Assembly (NCBI GenBank): GCA_964035545.1
Contig: OZ037765.1
Span: 6,830,698-6,894,697, forward strand
From: Bugula neritina
Lineage: Eukaryota; Animalia; Bryozoa
DNA length: 64,000 nt
Direction: 5' to 3'
Below, in pieces: positions 25,931-39,322 of the stretch. Under the pieces are notes generated by a model. The model ran no database searches. It worked only from the letters and a program-made list of their open reading frames with translations, and was not told the DNA's origin. Both the position numbers and the translations under genes were made by a program. Each line of letters begins with the position of its first letter. Positions within the stretch are counted from its first letter, which is position 1.

Positions 25931-28900
25931 TTAGTTAATAATGTTATGTATAGGTCGTCTTGGCCAGGTATCTAATTTCAATAATCGTTCGGCTTCTGCT
26001 ATTTTCGATTGCAAAAGATCTTTAAGAGGTTTGATATTTGTCTCCATCCACTCTACATGAGTTTCTTCACTAAAATATTTTGGCAGTTCACTATTCATAA
26101 TGGCTTCTGCTTTAGTAACATATGTATAACCCTTGCTTGTTTTCTCCAAAAGGAATTTTATACGAGAACTATGGGAAAAATCTCTTTTGAGGTTGTATTC
26201 TTTGTGCCAAGCCAATAAAGAACCCTTAGAGTTGAGAAAGCTAGCATAGTGCTGGGCATTCTTCACCATATAAACTCCTGAAAATATTAATTTAGTATGT
26301 ATTCTCAGTAGTTACACTGGACAGTAGTAAATAACGAAAATAAGTCAAATTTATGGCTCTAACATAACCAATTTAAATCCAATTCCAGCCAAGAAATAAC
26401 TTGAACATGCTGGAGTTAATTACAAGTGTTTGCAACATCCGAACATTTATCTACTATTGAAAAAAATAGTAACTACATGCATTCAGTATGTAAAAACAAA
26501 ATAAATTACTTTGGTGTTTTCAAATTTGTATATCAACACAAATTTGTATGTAACACAAAATTCGCCCTAATTAAATGTGGACGTAATTTCAACAGACTGG
26601 TAACAAATGTGTAGCAGGTCCATCAAAGTTTCTAGTCAACTAGTGATGTTGCTCATATATGACCTAGCAAGTCAAATATGTATGATTTTAACACCTTGAC
26701 TAAATTGACTGATGTAACTTTAAACAATCAAGTTACCCATTTAATAAAATGCGAAGTAAGCCCAGCTCTGATATTATCATCACTAATAAATAGGTCAACC
26801 AACTTGTAGAAACTCGAAACAAACTCAGCCATTGAAAATATTACGATAAATAAAATTAATCAAATTGCACTGTAATTTACACAAATACAACAATTATTAG
26901 GTACTGCATGGCAGAACTTTTTGCAGTGCAACTGCTATGCTGAGTTGCGTACCTTCAAAAACTTTGTGACCAGGAAAAGAGCACTTAGGCTCAGGCCTGT
27001 CCCTGGTATCCAATGACCACTGTATCGGCGCATCTGGCCGACACCCTAGCAGCTCATTGATGTGCTCCAGCTCAGACTTAGACACGCCTGCTTTTCTCAT
27101 GGTGGACAGGCAAACGGCTAGAGAAGGAATGCTAACAGGCAGCAACTCAGCCAGCACAGCAAAGTGGTCATAGCGCTGCCAGCCAGTTATCATTGTTCCT
27201 CCAACGTGCACTGTGCTAAAAGTCAATATTGAGAAATGATGAGCAGTTCTACTCGGTAAAATGCCCTCAGTTTGTGATCAAATTTTGTAATAAAACTTGT
27301 CAAATAACTACAGAACCTCTACCTTGATAACTTTGAAAGTATATTTAACCAGCCAATGTGATTTTCATAATGATAGCTGATATCTGTAATATACTGATCA
27401 CTGCCAGTAGCACCTAAGAAAGAGTAATATATTGTAATTATGAAGCAGGAAGCAAAAGCAACATTTGTGGCCTATAAAACTTATTGATCATAAGTTTATA
27501 TAATACAAAAGTTCACATATGCATAAATTGCTACTTCTAGCTCTTGGAAATTTCTTTCACAAAAATTAACTGACTTTCTATCAAGTGTCACTTTTCCGAC
27601 AGGTTATAGACACACTAGCGACTAGACTAAAAGTGCAGGTAATTTGCAGGCAATTTTTAAATTATGCCATTTGTGAAAAGCAAATAATATATATTTATAT
27701 GTTAAATCTGCTGTCCTTAAAATGAATGTCAGCAAGTTATTTTAAGCAAACACAGAAAAAACTTTTATTTATACATGTACTATCTTGAAACTTAAACATT
27801 ACAAGATGGATATGAAAATTGAATAAACCAGGTTGTTATGCTGTTAAAAGTTAGCAACTCAAAGAAAAGATTAAATCCCAATAAAAAAACCTAGGAATAT
27901 GATTTTTTTCATTTTGAAGTTGAGTTTTGAATGATTAAAATTTAAGCTCAACCTATCTAATAGATATAATGGACTCACCTTTAAAAGCTGAACCAAACCA
28001 GATAGTGCGGAACAGTCTGGAGTATTTCATCCACAGGTCTGGTTTAAAAAAAGTGTCAACATCTACAACATACTTCCACACCACAGGCGTGACAATTCGG
28101 TTGACTTTAGATCTCTCTATGTCCTTGACATTGGCATTTCTAAACATATCGTCCCACATCATCACGCCAATATCTGGATAAGTATTCTTTATAAAGCCTA
28201 CAAGGATGTGGTGGAACATAAGAATAATTTTTTCAAAGCCTTCTGTGAAATATCACAACTAAAATACAAGAGAACTTCAAGTTAATAACAAAAATAAAGT
28301 TGCCTTTTCCTAAAACAAATACATGTCTCATCAGCTTCTTGAAACCAATCTATATTTTTGGTCATAGCAAGTTTTAAAATTGTTATGCAAATATGTTTAA
28401 AATGCAATACAAAAGTATAAATGCAAATAATTGATGTGTAAAAATATACAAACCAGCCACTTCTCTCACATGGTTTAAGAACATTACATCTTTAGAAATT
28501 CCATAAGTTTCCATTTTTTCTTGAGATTCTTTCCCTTCGCCAAGCACCCACACCTCGTCGGCACCGATATGCAGAAACTCCACGTCCGGCTGCAACTCTA
28601 TCTGCTGGTCTATCATCTTCTGGACGAGCTCCAGACTCTCAGGTAAGTGAGGGTTGATTACAGAAGGATTCATCAAATTCTGGTCAACAATGGAAGACAG
28701 ATACAACTCAATCATGAAGATGTAAAAGCTAGCTTGTCATATAAATAACAACGTAAGAACATTTTGGTTTACTCTTCTCAATTTCTTTTTACAAAAATAT
28801 ATATTATTTTAAAATTCTTTTTAGCATTACCAGAGTTACACGCAATGGTCGAAGTTAGGGGGTACCCAGTTAAATTAAAAGCTCTTATAACTCCCCCCCC

Positions 28901-31165
28901 CCCCCCCCCGTTTATTTTGCCCTAAAAGTGATTAAAAGTGCAGCAGGAAATAAGAAGACAAATTAACAAAAAAATTAACTGTTTTTCCTTAGTAACCTAC
29001 TTTATGAGACTCATAAGAAACTTGAGGCATTATGGCATCTTAGGCACTAAAATTATTGGTAATTCTTTTAAATTTAGAGTATCCCTGCTATTTTCTCCAG
29101 ACTTGGGCCACTGGTTACATGTGCATTATTATTCACTCAAAAGGTTATGGAAGATCAAACACCTCAAAAAACAGAAATATAAATACATAATACAAATAAT
29201 TCAAAAGATCAGCTTTAAATAGAGGCACCATCCCAACTTCTTCATGTTATTCAAATTGCCTACGTAGAAACTGCTATCTTCATACTACATACTACATACA
29301 AACCTCTCTTAAATGTTTGAATTTCGGTCCTTTCAGTACAAACTCCATATGACCAAAGGTTTGCACCAATGGAATAACTTTAAGATCATTTTCCTTAGCT
29401 AGTGCTAACATTGTAGCTACATCTTCTTTACTGTAGCAATCTTTAGCAGATATGATCTCCAGCTCTCCATAATACGGAAACATGTCTTCCCATTCTAAAA
29501 CATAAATGTACTCATGCATGTAAACAACACTACTAAAAATAATATATAAATACATTATCCATTAATTGCCCAATATAATGTTCATATATGAACATTATAT
29601 TATACAATACTTCAAATACCCATAGACTCATTGCTAAGGCTTGAAAACTGTAAACAAATAATCCATAACCTACTTTAGACTAACTAATTTAAAGTGCCAA
29701 TTTTTCAAAATAATTAAATTAAGTTCTAAGAAACGCTAGAGTTTTTAAATGTTCTTTCTCAAGTTATATTTGCACTTTGAATAAAATGTAAAGTGCTTGT
29801 AAAAATTTGTTGTATAATTCCATACTAAAAACTCATTTTCCAAAATTTTCATCAATTTCCACCTTGTTTGTGACGACAGGTCCCATATATAGAACCTTAA
29901 ACTACAGAAATGGAAAACCTTACACTAATGTGATTAACAACATATATGTATAAAAAAGCAAGTATAAATGCCATTAGCCACTGTTTACAACAGTTTATAG
30001 AATAAAAATAAGCTGGTCTTGTAAACAAAAAAGTAAAAAAATATTTAATCCACAAATTTTTTAAAGATTTATTTTTACACGCAAAGATTGCAAAAGGAAT
30101 TGGAACATGACCAACATACTGATTTGTTAAAAATATATAGGGAATATTTTTATTAGCTGAAGTTTATATACCTGTGAATGGCAATGACAAAAGCATTACA
30201 AAAAACTATACGAAATCTTAACTGTTGCATTTACAAAAAGAAATTTTCAATTCGAATAAGTTTAAAATACTACTATGCATTTATAACTGCAAGGATTTTC
30301 TTATGCTTAAACCTACCAACAAGACTCAGGGAAATCGTTATTCTATATGAAATTTGATCTAGCATACACAGTTGCATGCTTATGTCAACACACTTGTGAA
30401 GCATCTCTATACACACAGCTTCATTTGACAAGTATCATACACTTGCAGTTGGCTTAGCATCTTATTCCTCCATTATACAAATAAGACTCTCATCAGTTTT
30501 TATCATTTAGAAAACTACTAATACCTAGAAGTATAGATAATGCTGGCCATAAATTTCATATCTGCATTAGTTTACTAGTACTGGTCAATTTCAACTTGTT
30601 TTATAGACTAAAACAAAATTACCAATCAGTAGCCCAGTAGCTCCCATTCTCTTGAAAAGAGGAAACAGCTCGCGTAAATACGATACTTTAGGAGCAGCTC
30701 CTTTTAGATCTAGGTGAACCATTCTTTCCATTTGTTGAAGAACATCACGGAGAGATGACCTTTGCTCATCAGTTAACGATTCATGTTTAGATGAGGACTT
30801 GTCAGTTTTCTTTTCTATATTCGAAGTTTCATCAGCTGGTAAATAGGGCATCTTCCTACACAATCATATCAACATATATGCTGCTATTTACTTATTCGCA
30901 AGCTCTGCTACAGTTTTAGCTGGCAATCAAGTAAACCCTCACTCATATAAACATTTAATATGATAATTTCGTGCATTGATAACATCGCTTTTAAAAAGAG
31001 TTTTTTTCTATTAACAAAACCTTACCCACTCCCAGGTACAAATTCAGGAGTAAATGATGCTCTAGGCTTTGAGAATAGTATTGCATACAGTATATAAACC
31101 ACTATAGCAATGAGAATATATGTAAATATAGTTGAGGACTTTGTCTTTCGTGCCATCTGTTCCAT
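25931..31165 (-). CDS. HEXD: Hexosaminidase D-like (GH20) with N-terminal type II membrane anchor, ~569 aa
   Basis: Exons 31165-31026, 30855-30623, 29494-29304, 28679-28454, 28197-27979, 27413-27323, 27215-26953, 26277-25931 (1710 nt). [35 protein letters not shown], catalytic [37 protein letters not shown]. Confidence 0.95.
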
Positions 31166-31329
31166 GTGTGATTATATAGATACCTTCATAAATGAGAATG
31201 ATTCTACCTGTAGTAAGCATACAGTACATTATCAATAACAAAAGAAATTTGAGTGTAAGCTGTGTTGACTACTAGCTGACTCATGAATTTAAAAATTCGG
31301 AAACTCAAGTTGATTAGCTCAAAGCATTG

Positions 31330-32040
31330 ACTACAACTACTACAACCACTACTACTAGCAGCAGTACCACTACTATTAGTATTACTATTACCACTACTAT
31401 TAGTAATAGTAATACTAATAGTAACAGTAATACTAATACTAATACTGTAATACTATTACAGTATTAGTATAAGTATTACTATTACTAATACTATTAGTAA
31501 TAGTAATACTAATACTAATAGTAACAGTAATACTAATAGTAATACTAATACTGAGTAAATCATTAATAGACAATAGTAGTAGGCTACTACTACTACTAGT
31601 CTAGTATTAGCAGTAGTACTAGAAGTACTACTACTAATATTATTACTACTACTAGTACTACTACTATAACTATAAGTACTAGTTAATTATAGTCATAATG
31701 ATAATCATAATCATATTGATATTCAATTTCATATTGATAATCAGATTATTACTATCAGTATCAGTATGAGTATGACTATGAGTACGAGTATTACTATTAG
31801 TATTACATTTACTATTACTAATACTAATAGTAATACTAATAGTATTAGTATTACTATTAATATTAGTAATACTGAGTATTAGTATTACTATTAGTATTAG
31901 TATTACTAATACTAATATTAATAAGTAATAGTAATACTATTACTATTAGTATTAGTATTAGTATTAGTTATAACTTATACTATAAGTATAACTATAATAC
32001 TACATTTACTGTCGGTGATTATAGTACTTGATTCTATCAT
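31330..32040. repeat. Promoter-proximal (ANT)n tract, HEXD 5'UTR intron
   Basis: Same triplet/hexamer grammar, with nested direct and inverted repeats. Confidence 0.9.
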
Positions 32041-32311
32041 ACTATTCACCTCATTCAAACAACTAGCTCGTAACTTACTAATTAGTAATTTACTAATTAT
32101 TTAAAAATAAATGACCTTGCACCCTTCTGTGGCAGCAGAGGATAGAGCCCAGATTTTTTGCACGCAACTTCAAGAAAATACAGTCGCCGACTGGAGTTTG
32201 AAGCAAATATTGTTATCCCTTTGCAACACTGAACTGAACGATTTATTCCAAGGCTAGAGTTATCTTTTCTCAGTGTTTTAGCCACTAAACATTGATGCAT
32301 CATGGAGTTGT

Positions 32312-35300
32312 CTTTTTCCGGGCCGACCACCCGTAGCTTGCAGTTGATGTGGATTTAAATAATTGTACAATTGTTGTCTTACCTTACTCATCACTGTGGG
32401 CCAGAGGTATTTGTTAATACTTGGTGTAAACACAGTCAGTCGCATGCTAATCAATTTCAAATAAATAAAGCTTACATTACTGAATGGAAGGTGCTCAATA
32501 TATTTTTGATAAATAATAAATAACATAAACACAAATTGTTGTGGTAGTGTAATGCTATGAAGTGTTGAGCGCCCTCATATAATGCAGGCAATTGCTACAA
32601 ATACTATTATCACTACAATAATATTTATAAAGCAATGATGATTATTTTGAATGGCGATATGTGGCTAAACAGCTGCATCATATGTTCGATCAAAAAGTTG
32701 CTTATCATTTTTTATCTAGTTTATTCCTAGTTTATGTATTGCACTTATTGAGCTTCATCCTGAGAAAAATTATTATTTTAATTAGCGGATATGGCAAAGT
32801 TTTTCCAGTAGTTTATTTTTGTATAGTAATCCCATTCATAATAATAATAATTTTGATAAAACGCAGCTATTGATGCTTAAAAACTATTCTTTGGAGTTGC
32901 TTGCTACTTGATTTTAATTAAGCTTATGTAAAATGTTTGGATATCAATGCATACACATACTACAAATGGATGTAAAACTTTTTGAAAAATAAAACCTTAT
33001 AATATGATAGCCTATAATTATGTAGGATAAAACTCAGTCTTCGAAAGGTTATAAACTGGTTTCATAAATTGACCGAAATAATGACAAGAATAAGATTGTC
33101 ACTAACTTGTAACATAGACAAATAATTTACAGCTAGGGTTTTTGTGCTTTTAGAGCTGCTACACAATCTAATAAGAACAAATGGCACCAAATTGTGTCAT
33201 TTATACTAACACTGCAAAATATTTCAGAAGCATTATTGCATCTAATGTTTCTAAATTTTTATAGCATGCAAATATACTCAGCTGCGCTATGCTAAATATA
33301 TGTTGTTTTCTATATTGTAATCATTTGCAACTTTTTATATCAATGCCATAATACCAGAATTGAAGTTAGAATGAATTATTGAACTAAAAATTTACATAGC
33401 ATTCTAGTAGTCTGCTTGTAAAATCAATAACTTGCAAATTTCCGTTCAAGTGCAGAGAGTCACACTAATTATAATCCAGTCAATAGTTTGTTAAACTTGC
33501 ATATGTAAGCCTCCAGGTATACCAGTAAAATATAAGTTCATCACTGTTCAACAAGAAGTTGGTTCTATGACTTATAATTGGCCTAATAGTTTACAAGATC
33601 ATGGTGCAACATATCGATATTACCCTAATATACAGAATACTAGCTGCCCATGTAATTGAATGCATTAATTATAGCTGGCCAAGTTCTGTAGGGCTAAAGT
33701 TGCTCTTTATTTTGCTTTATAGCATATAATATACAATCAGAGTAGAATTTGCTACAGCTAACAAATTTTCTGTCATGAAGCTTGTATTTCCATAAGTTTG
33801 TTTTTTTTTAACGATTTCTGTTACAACTATTATATGGGATATTGTTGTTCCATCAGACTATTTAATATATTCCTTTCTATTTCTATTCAATATATTATAT
33901 GGGAGACTTGCTTAAAAAATGCATTACTAATAATTTTTGTTTCATTCTTTAGTTTAATTATCTTTTAGTTTGATTTCAGGATGTAATTCAGTGCTGATCA
34001 ACTTTTGAATGTATGTGTATATTTACTATGACATGGTGTGTTGCATTATGACTTTAGTTGTTTACTGATTCAAACTACATAGACTATATAGAGAATAGAA
34101 TGGGTGGCTATGCGTTTGCCTCATGTACGCTTATATACAATTTTCTGACTTTTTGACAGGCGGTTTGGGCTGCTCAGCTGTTTTTCTGGGTGAGCAGAAA
34201 ACTTCATATTTGTCACCATTCTCTGCAATTTGAATATTTACTAAAACACAGCTATTTTGCTCTACATACATGAAATTTATAAAAGGTTTATACTATATCT
34301 GTACTATATCTATATACTATCTTTATACTATACTATAATATAATCAAGGTGGTAGTTTACTCTTGAATTTTTTAACACTGGTTCCTCATCTATTGTATTA
34401 AATTCACCAATTACAGTATACTATGTTGGGAACTCCTACAAATTTGAGCCTTTCCCAATAGTCATACTTTTTTTTATAGATTATTGACTCATACATCTTA
34501 CAACTTTTTAATTGATAGTAAATTATTTGTTATTGAGACTACTACTACACTATACATTCTTTACTGGTAGGTATAGTGGCAGCTGTCTATTCAGTGTATG
34601 GCACATAGATTCTATTGTTAGCATGCAAACTAATCAATACTCGCTTGTGTTTACTGTGCTTTCTTGCTATATATTATGTAAATGTAAAATATAAACTGAC
34701 GCATGTTTGAAGAGTTTAACTCTGTACAGTTTACCTGTTGCTAAGTTTTAATTCTCAGTTCTACTAATCTGCTATGTGTACATTGAAGATATAATGAAAA
34801 TCTCATTGATTCTTTAAAATTTAGCCACTGCTGCTGTCCCTTAAGACTTTCCATCTGCCCATCAAGTGATAAAGCAATTGAGTAAATTCAATAATGAGAT
34901 AAATTTTCTACTTAGCTCTTCTAATACACTGCAATATTTTGCTGCTGTTGCACTGCTTTGTGTTTCAGCTGAAGTCAGCCAGGTATTGGGAATTGTATGA
35001 CAAGCATATTTGGTAACAGCTATAGCTACTTTACATATATACGTACAGTGATATATTTATTTCATGCATCATCCAACAATTGTATAAGTTTGTTAGACAC
35101 AAAAAGCTTGTAACTATGTACTAAAGTTGAATGATGTTTTATTCAAATAGAAACAGAATATAATAATGCGTGTAAACCTCTTGAGCCTGATTCACAATAA
35201 CCATGAGGGCCATGTGGTGCTGCAGATTAGATACCAAAGAATACACTGTGAAAGTCAACCCATATGGGCTATATTTGATATACAAAGAGAAGTTTATATG

Positions 35301-35340
35301 CCATATATGTGTGACAATTTTATTTCAGCAATAAAATATT
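32312..35340 (+). ncRNA. Putative spliced non-coding gene, possibly a snoRNA host, divergent from HEXD
   Basis: TCT/5'TOP-like start TCTTTTTCC at 32311; well-formed micro-exons 33980-34010, 34160-34189, 34969-34982; AATAAA at ~35330; no coherent ORF. Inference only. Confidence 0.35.
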
Positions 35341-36206
35341 GATTAAATTTATAGTTATAATCTGTCATAATCAAAGAATTTAATATCATGCATAGTATAA
35401 AATATAATAATATTTTATAAGTTAATGCGGCTTTTCAAGAAGTTAAGCATATCACAGCACAATTATGAGGGTGCTACATTATTATACTGGTGTAACTTAT
35501 AAATAGTTAAAGAAAAATTTAGTATATCACAAGGAAAATAAATAAAATAAGAAATTGAAAGTTTATTAGTGTAATTATGTAATCATTTAGCCTCATGCAA
35601 AATTGATGAACACCGAGAAATATTTTAAAATCTGTAGCCAACTGGTTAGGTAATATTCGAAAAGTAACCAATGCATTTACTAGAATGACAAGTGCTGTGC
35701 CATTTTCAGCCACCTCAAGCCGAAAGACCCAATTTTTAAAAACAAGAAAGCAAACCCTTGTAAAAACTTTTAAGCATAAATATATGAATTTAAGCTGCAA
35801 AGCGCTTGATAGGCAATTTGATTTCAATTATTTTCAACCTGCTGGAATAATATCTGATCCAACCTTGCCTGATAGAATCCAAGTATCAATAATATTATGC
35901 TGAGTGATTATAACATGGTGGCTACAATCATACGGCCAAACAATGCCTCAGATTTCACGTATAGTGTGTTCAAAAGCATATTCTTAGTTCCTAAAATCTT
36001 CTGACTGGTTATTAACTTGGCGTATCACACAAATGGATGTAACTGCTTTTTAAGTATTCCAAGACAACTAGATAAAATTTTGTTATCGGCTTCAATTTTG
36101 GGCTGCTTGCTTTGTCTGATGTAAATAGATTGTTTTATAGCATCATTTCCTATACAAACGAGTGATAGATGAGTGATTGCTTGAGAATTATAGAATAGCT
36201 TTTTGT

Positions 36207-38252
36207 CTAGTCGCTTAGATTGTACGAATTCCTCATCATAAGGTCAAAGTACGGGTCCTGGTCTATAGACGCACTAACTCCAGCGTAGTAACTGAAGAAC
36301 TCATGCTTTTCAACCTGCAACACAACAGATAACTTATCTACATGCTCAGAACCAATTCAAATTTTCCAGCACTTATTGACCGTAAAAGCAAATCAATATC
36401 TCTCAACAATTACCTGAAATCTGTATTACAATTTTTTCAAAGCCAAAAAAGTTATATCAGTTACACTTACAGTGCCATCCTTGTTTCCAGCATCAAAGTT
36501 TTTCAAAAATTCAAGCTTCACTTGTTTTTCAGTCCATTCTCCATTCATATATTTTGGATGCTTCCTGGCATTGTATATTCCTACAAGACAGGTAAAAGTT
36601 GACAAATAGGAAAATTATTTCTTTGGTGCATAAACTAGTAAGAATAATTCAAACTAGTTAATCTAATAAACGTACATAATTGACCAACCAACATTTTGGA
36701 AAGCAGTAATATAAACACTAAAACTAATACAAAAGTAACTAAAGCCTTAGGCTTTTCAAAGATTCCTGCCCACAAAACAAATTGTAACACGTAAACAATA
36801 ACCTGCTAAGTCTTCCACAGTTATTTTCCCATCTCCAGTTATATCTAGTTTAGAGAAGGCAGCAGCAACGAGGCCCAGACGGCGCTGTGACATAGGTGGC
36901 TAAAATTGTCATTATCAATATGTATTTCACTGACCAAGTCATTATTACAGTTTTAGAAACAACTGGAATGCTAGTTGATTGAGAAACATATTATGTTATC
37001 GAGTAGGTAAGGGCTGGCTGCTAAAATTAAAACTAGAAATTGTTCAAATATAATTTTGTTTTATGTTGAAGCAATTAAAACAATATCTTCAGATAAAAAA
37101 TACATCATGTATTAAGGATATTCGTAGTAACCAAGATAATAATAGTACTAAATAGAACAGTACAATATTGCTGTGTTGTTTCACTGAAACTACTGCTAAT
37201 TCTCTTGAATAACACACTGAATAGTTGAGTAATTGGGCCACCATTGAATTAAAACAATTGGATCAATGCCATGCATTCAGAGTATATGAACTAAGTATTG
37301 TCAATGACTTCATAGTAAATAGCTCCAACTTGTAAATAGCTGCTTGACAACGGAGCACAGTGCTGCCTCACAAGAAATGCAAACCTCAAATTCATCTCCA
37401 ATAAAACACACATATGTTTTTCAGCTTTAACTAGGGCTAAGCTATCCTCATGATGTTTGACTTTTATAAATAAAGCAAGGAGTGTTCAACATCAGAATTC
37501 CTTTCGTGCTGTGACACCAAGCGAAGGATGTTTCATAGCTTACTAAGCAGCTTTTCCATGTGCCATAAATTTGATTTCTCAGTAAGTCAAACTGACCAGC
37601 TGTGGTCTAGGGGTTAGAACACTGGCTTAGTAAACCAGTATAGTCATGGGTTTGAACCCCAGTAAAGGTCACTGGTGATGTTAGGAAGAGCACCCAGTAA
37701 TCATTGCTCCTGTGCCGCATATGAATAAGTCCTCAGCCCAATTTAACAAACGCCCTTTCCCATCAGGGTTCTTGCAAGGATAGTAACCATAAACTGAATA
37801 AAACATGTCAGTACTCACTCGTATCCTTTCAATAAACTCGTTAAAACTGATCTGCCCAGACTTGTCTTTGTCAAATGCTGCAAAAATAGCCCGTTTTTCA
37901 TCGATAGATATGTCAAATAGTCCATAGTCATTCAATCCAGTAGAGAATTCGTCGAAGTTCAGCATCCTATTTCCATCGTCATCGAATATTCGGAAGGTTC
38001 TAAAAATAGCAGTAATATATTTATTACATATTTTGTGTGATAGCCACTTCAAAACTACGTAGATGAGTATTATAGACAGAGATTTAGATACTACCGTATA
38101 TGGTTTACACACCTACTTAACCCTCGAATACCACCCGCACCTCCTCTCTCCTGGCACTTCAACCTCAGTCTTTCAACAGGATCTCGTGATGTCACTAACT
38201 TATCCCTTGATCTCTTTTTTATAATTTCATTACTTCTAGGAGACAGCGCCAT
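36207..38252 (-). CDS. CAPSL: Calcyphosin-like EF-hand protein, ~211 aa
   Basis: Exons 38252-38113, 37999-37819, 36899-36803, 36580-36471, 36314-36207 (636 nt). [80 protein letters not shown]. Confidence 0.95.
37594..37797 (+). mobile_element. tRNA-Thr(AGT)-derived SINE, copy 1 (CAPSL intron)
   Basis: A box TGGTCTAGGGG, anticodon arm CTGGC-TTAGTAA-ACCAG, B box GGTTTGAACCC, then body GGTGATGTTAGGAAGAGCA..ATTGCTCCTGTGCC..ATGAATAAGT shared with 45418-45634. Confidence 0.8.
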
Positions 38253-38639
38253 CTTCACATAACAGACAAAAATTTTTGAATTATATCTCACAAAAACAGT
38301 AGAATAGTGCTAATCAAAGTTAATAATTGATACATGAGGATTGACGAATATTGCAGCTAAAACTTGAAATTTCAAGTTCTCCTTGCCAATCTTTAAACTA
38401 CATACTTTTATGCTTTTTTATTTTGAACAAACTGCACAAACTGTAAAAATCTGATCATTTTAGAAAAGAATATCAAAAATCTTTGGGCAGGTACTTGAAA
38501 AGTTTAGTCTAATGAGTATAAACTACAATTAAATAAATAAATTATAAATGCTGAAGTACACCCACAGCCACAGACGTGGCCAACACAATTTATTTGTCCG
38601 CTGCACTGATGTTGGTATCAAAATTAGTAATAGACTTAC

Positions 38640-39010
38640 ACATAAGTGGTACTTTTTGAAAAAAAAAGTTGTTATGTTTAAAAGTTAGGCTAACATAAAT
38701 TACAACATTTGTTTCCAATGTATGCAAAAAAGCAACAGCAATAACATACTTGGCCTTGTTGGTATGTATATATCCGATTAGAACCTTAGCTGCTTCTTAA
38801 AAACCCTCTGAATAATGTGCAAGTGAAGGTAATCGGATGCCACCGTAGAGTTGTAGAAAACTCCAAGTCACGCCCATAACAACAACAACGGCTTAGGTAC
38901 ACCGGAAACACGTGCTGAGCCGACCTCATTGGAAATTCTTCCTATTAGTATAAGTATTATAGTATTATTCTAGTATGTTATATCAATATGTATTAACAAG
39001 TTTCACGTTG
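38640..39010. promoter_or_regulatory. Probable bidirectional promoter, CAPSL / MTAP
   Basis: Head-to-head genes; CpG-richer patch with ETS-like CCGGAAA overlapping E-box CACGTG (~38902-38914); minus-strand donor near 38639. Confidence 0.5.
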
Positions 39011-39322
39011 GTATTCATCCTAACGAAACTTTAATTTACAAAAGCTTTGATTCTTACACGTTTAGTTATTTTATTGTCAATCTCTAAATTTAGTCCTAAT
39101 GATAATAACTCTTACTCTTACTCTTAGTCTTAGTCTTGGTTGATGTTAAGATTATCCTAAATCAGTAAATTAAATTTAATGATTATCACATTATGCTAGT
39201 AAAGTAATACTAATACTAATACTATTACTAATACTAATAGTATCACTATCAGTTATACTTATAGTAATACTAATACTAATAGTAATACTAATAAATTTAG
39301 TAATACTCTAATAGTAATACTT

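Noticed and set aside
32737-32758. miR-92-like TATTGCACTT (also miR-2-like TATCACAGC at ~19302 and ~35450, let-7-like TGAGGTAG at ~23102)
   Set aside because: Only seed-length matches and no complementary arm forming a precursor hairpin.
37594-37672. Functional tRNA-Thr gene
   Set aside because: Acceptor and T stems are degenerate, there is no oligo-T terminator, and it continues into a body shared with other copies, so it is a SINE head.
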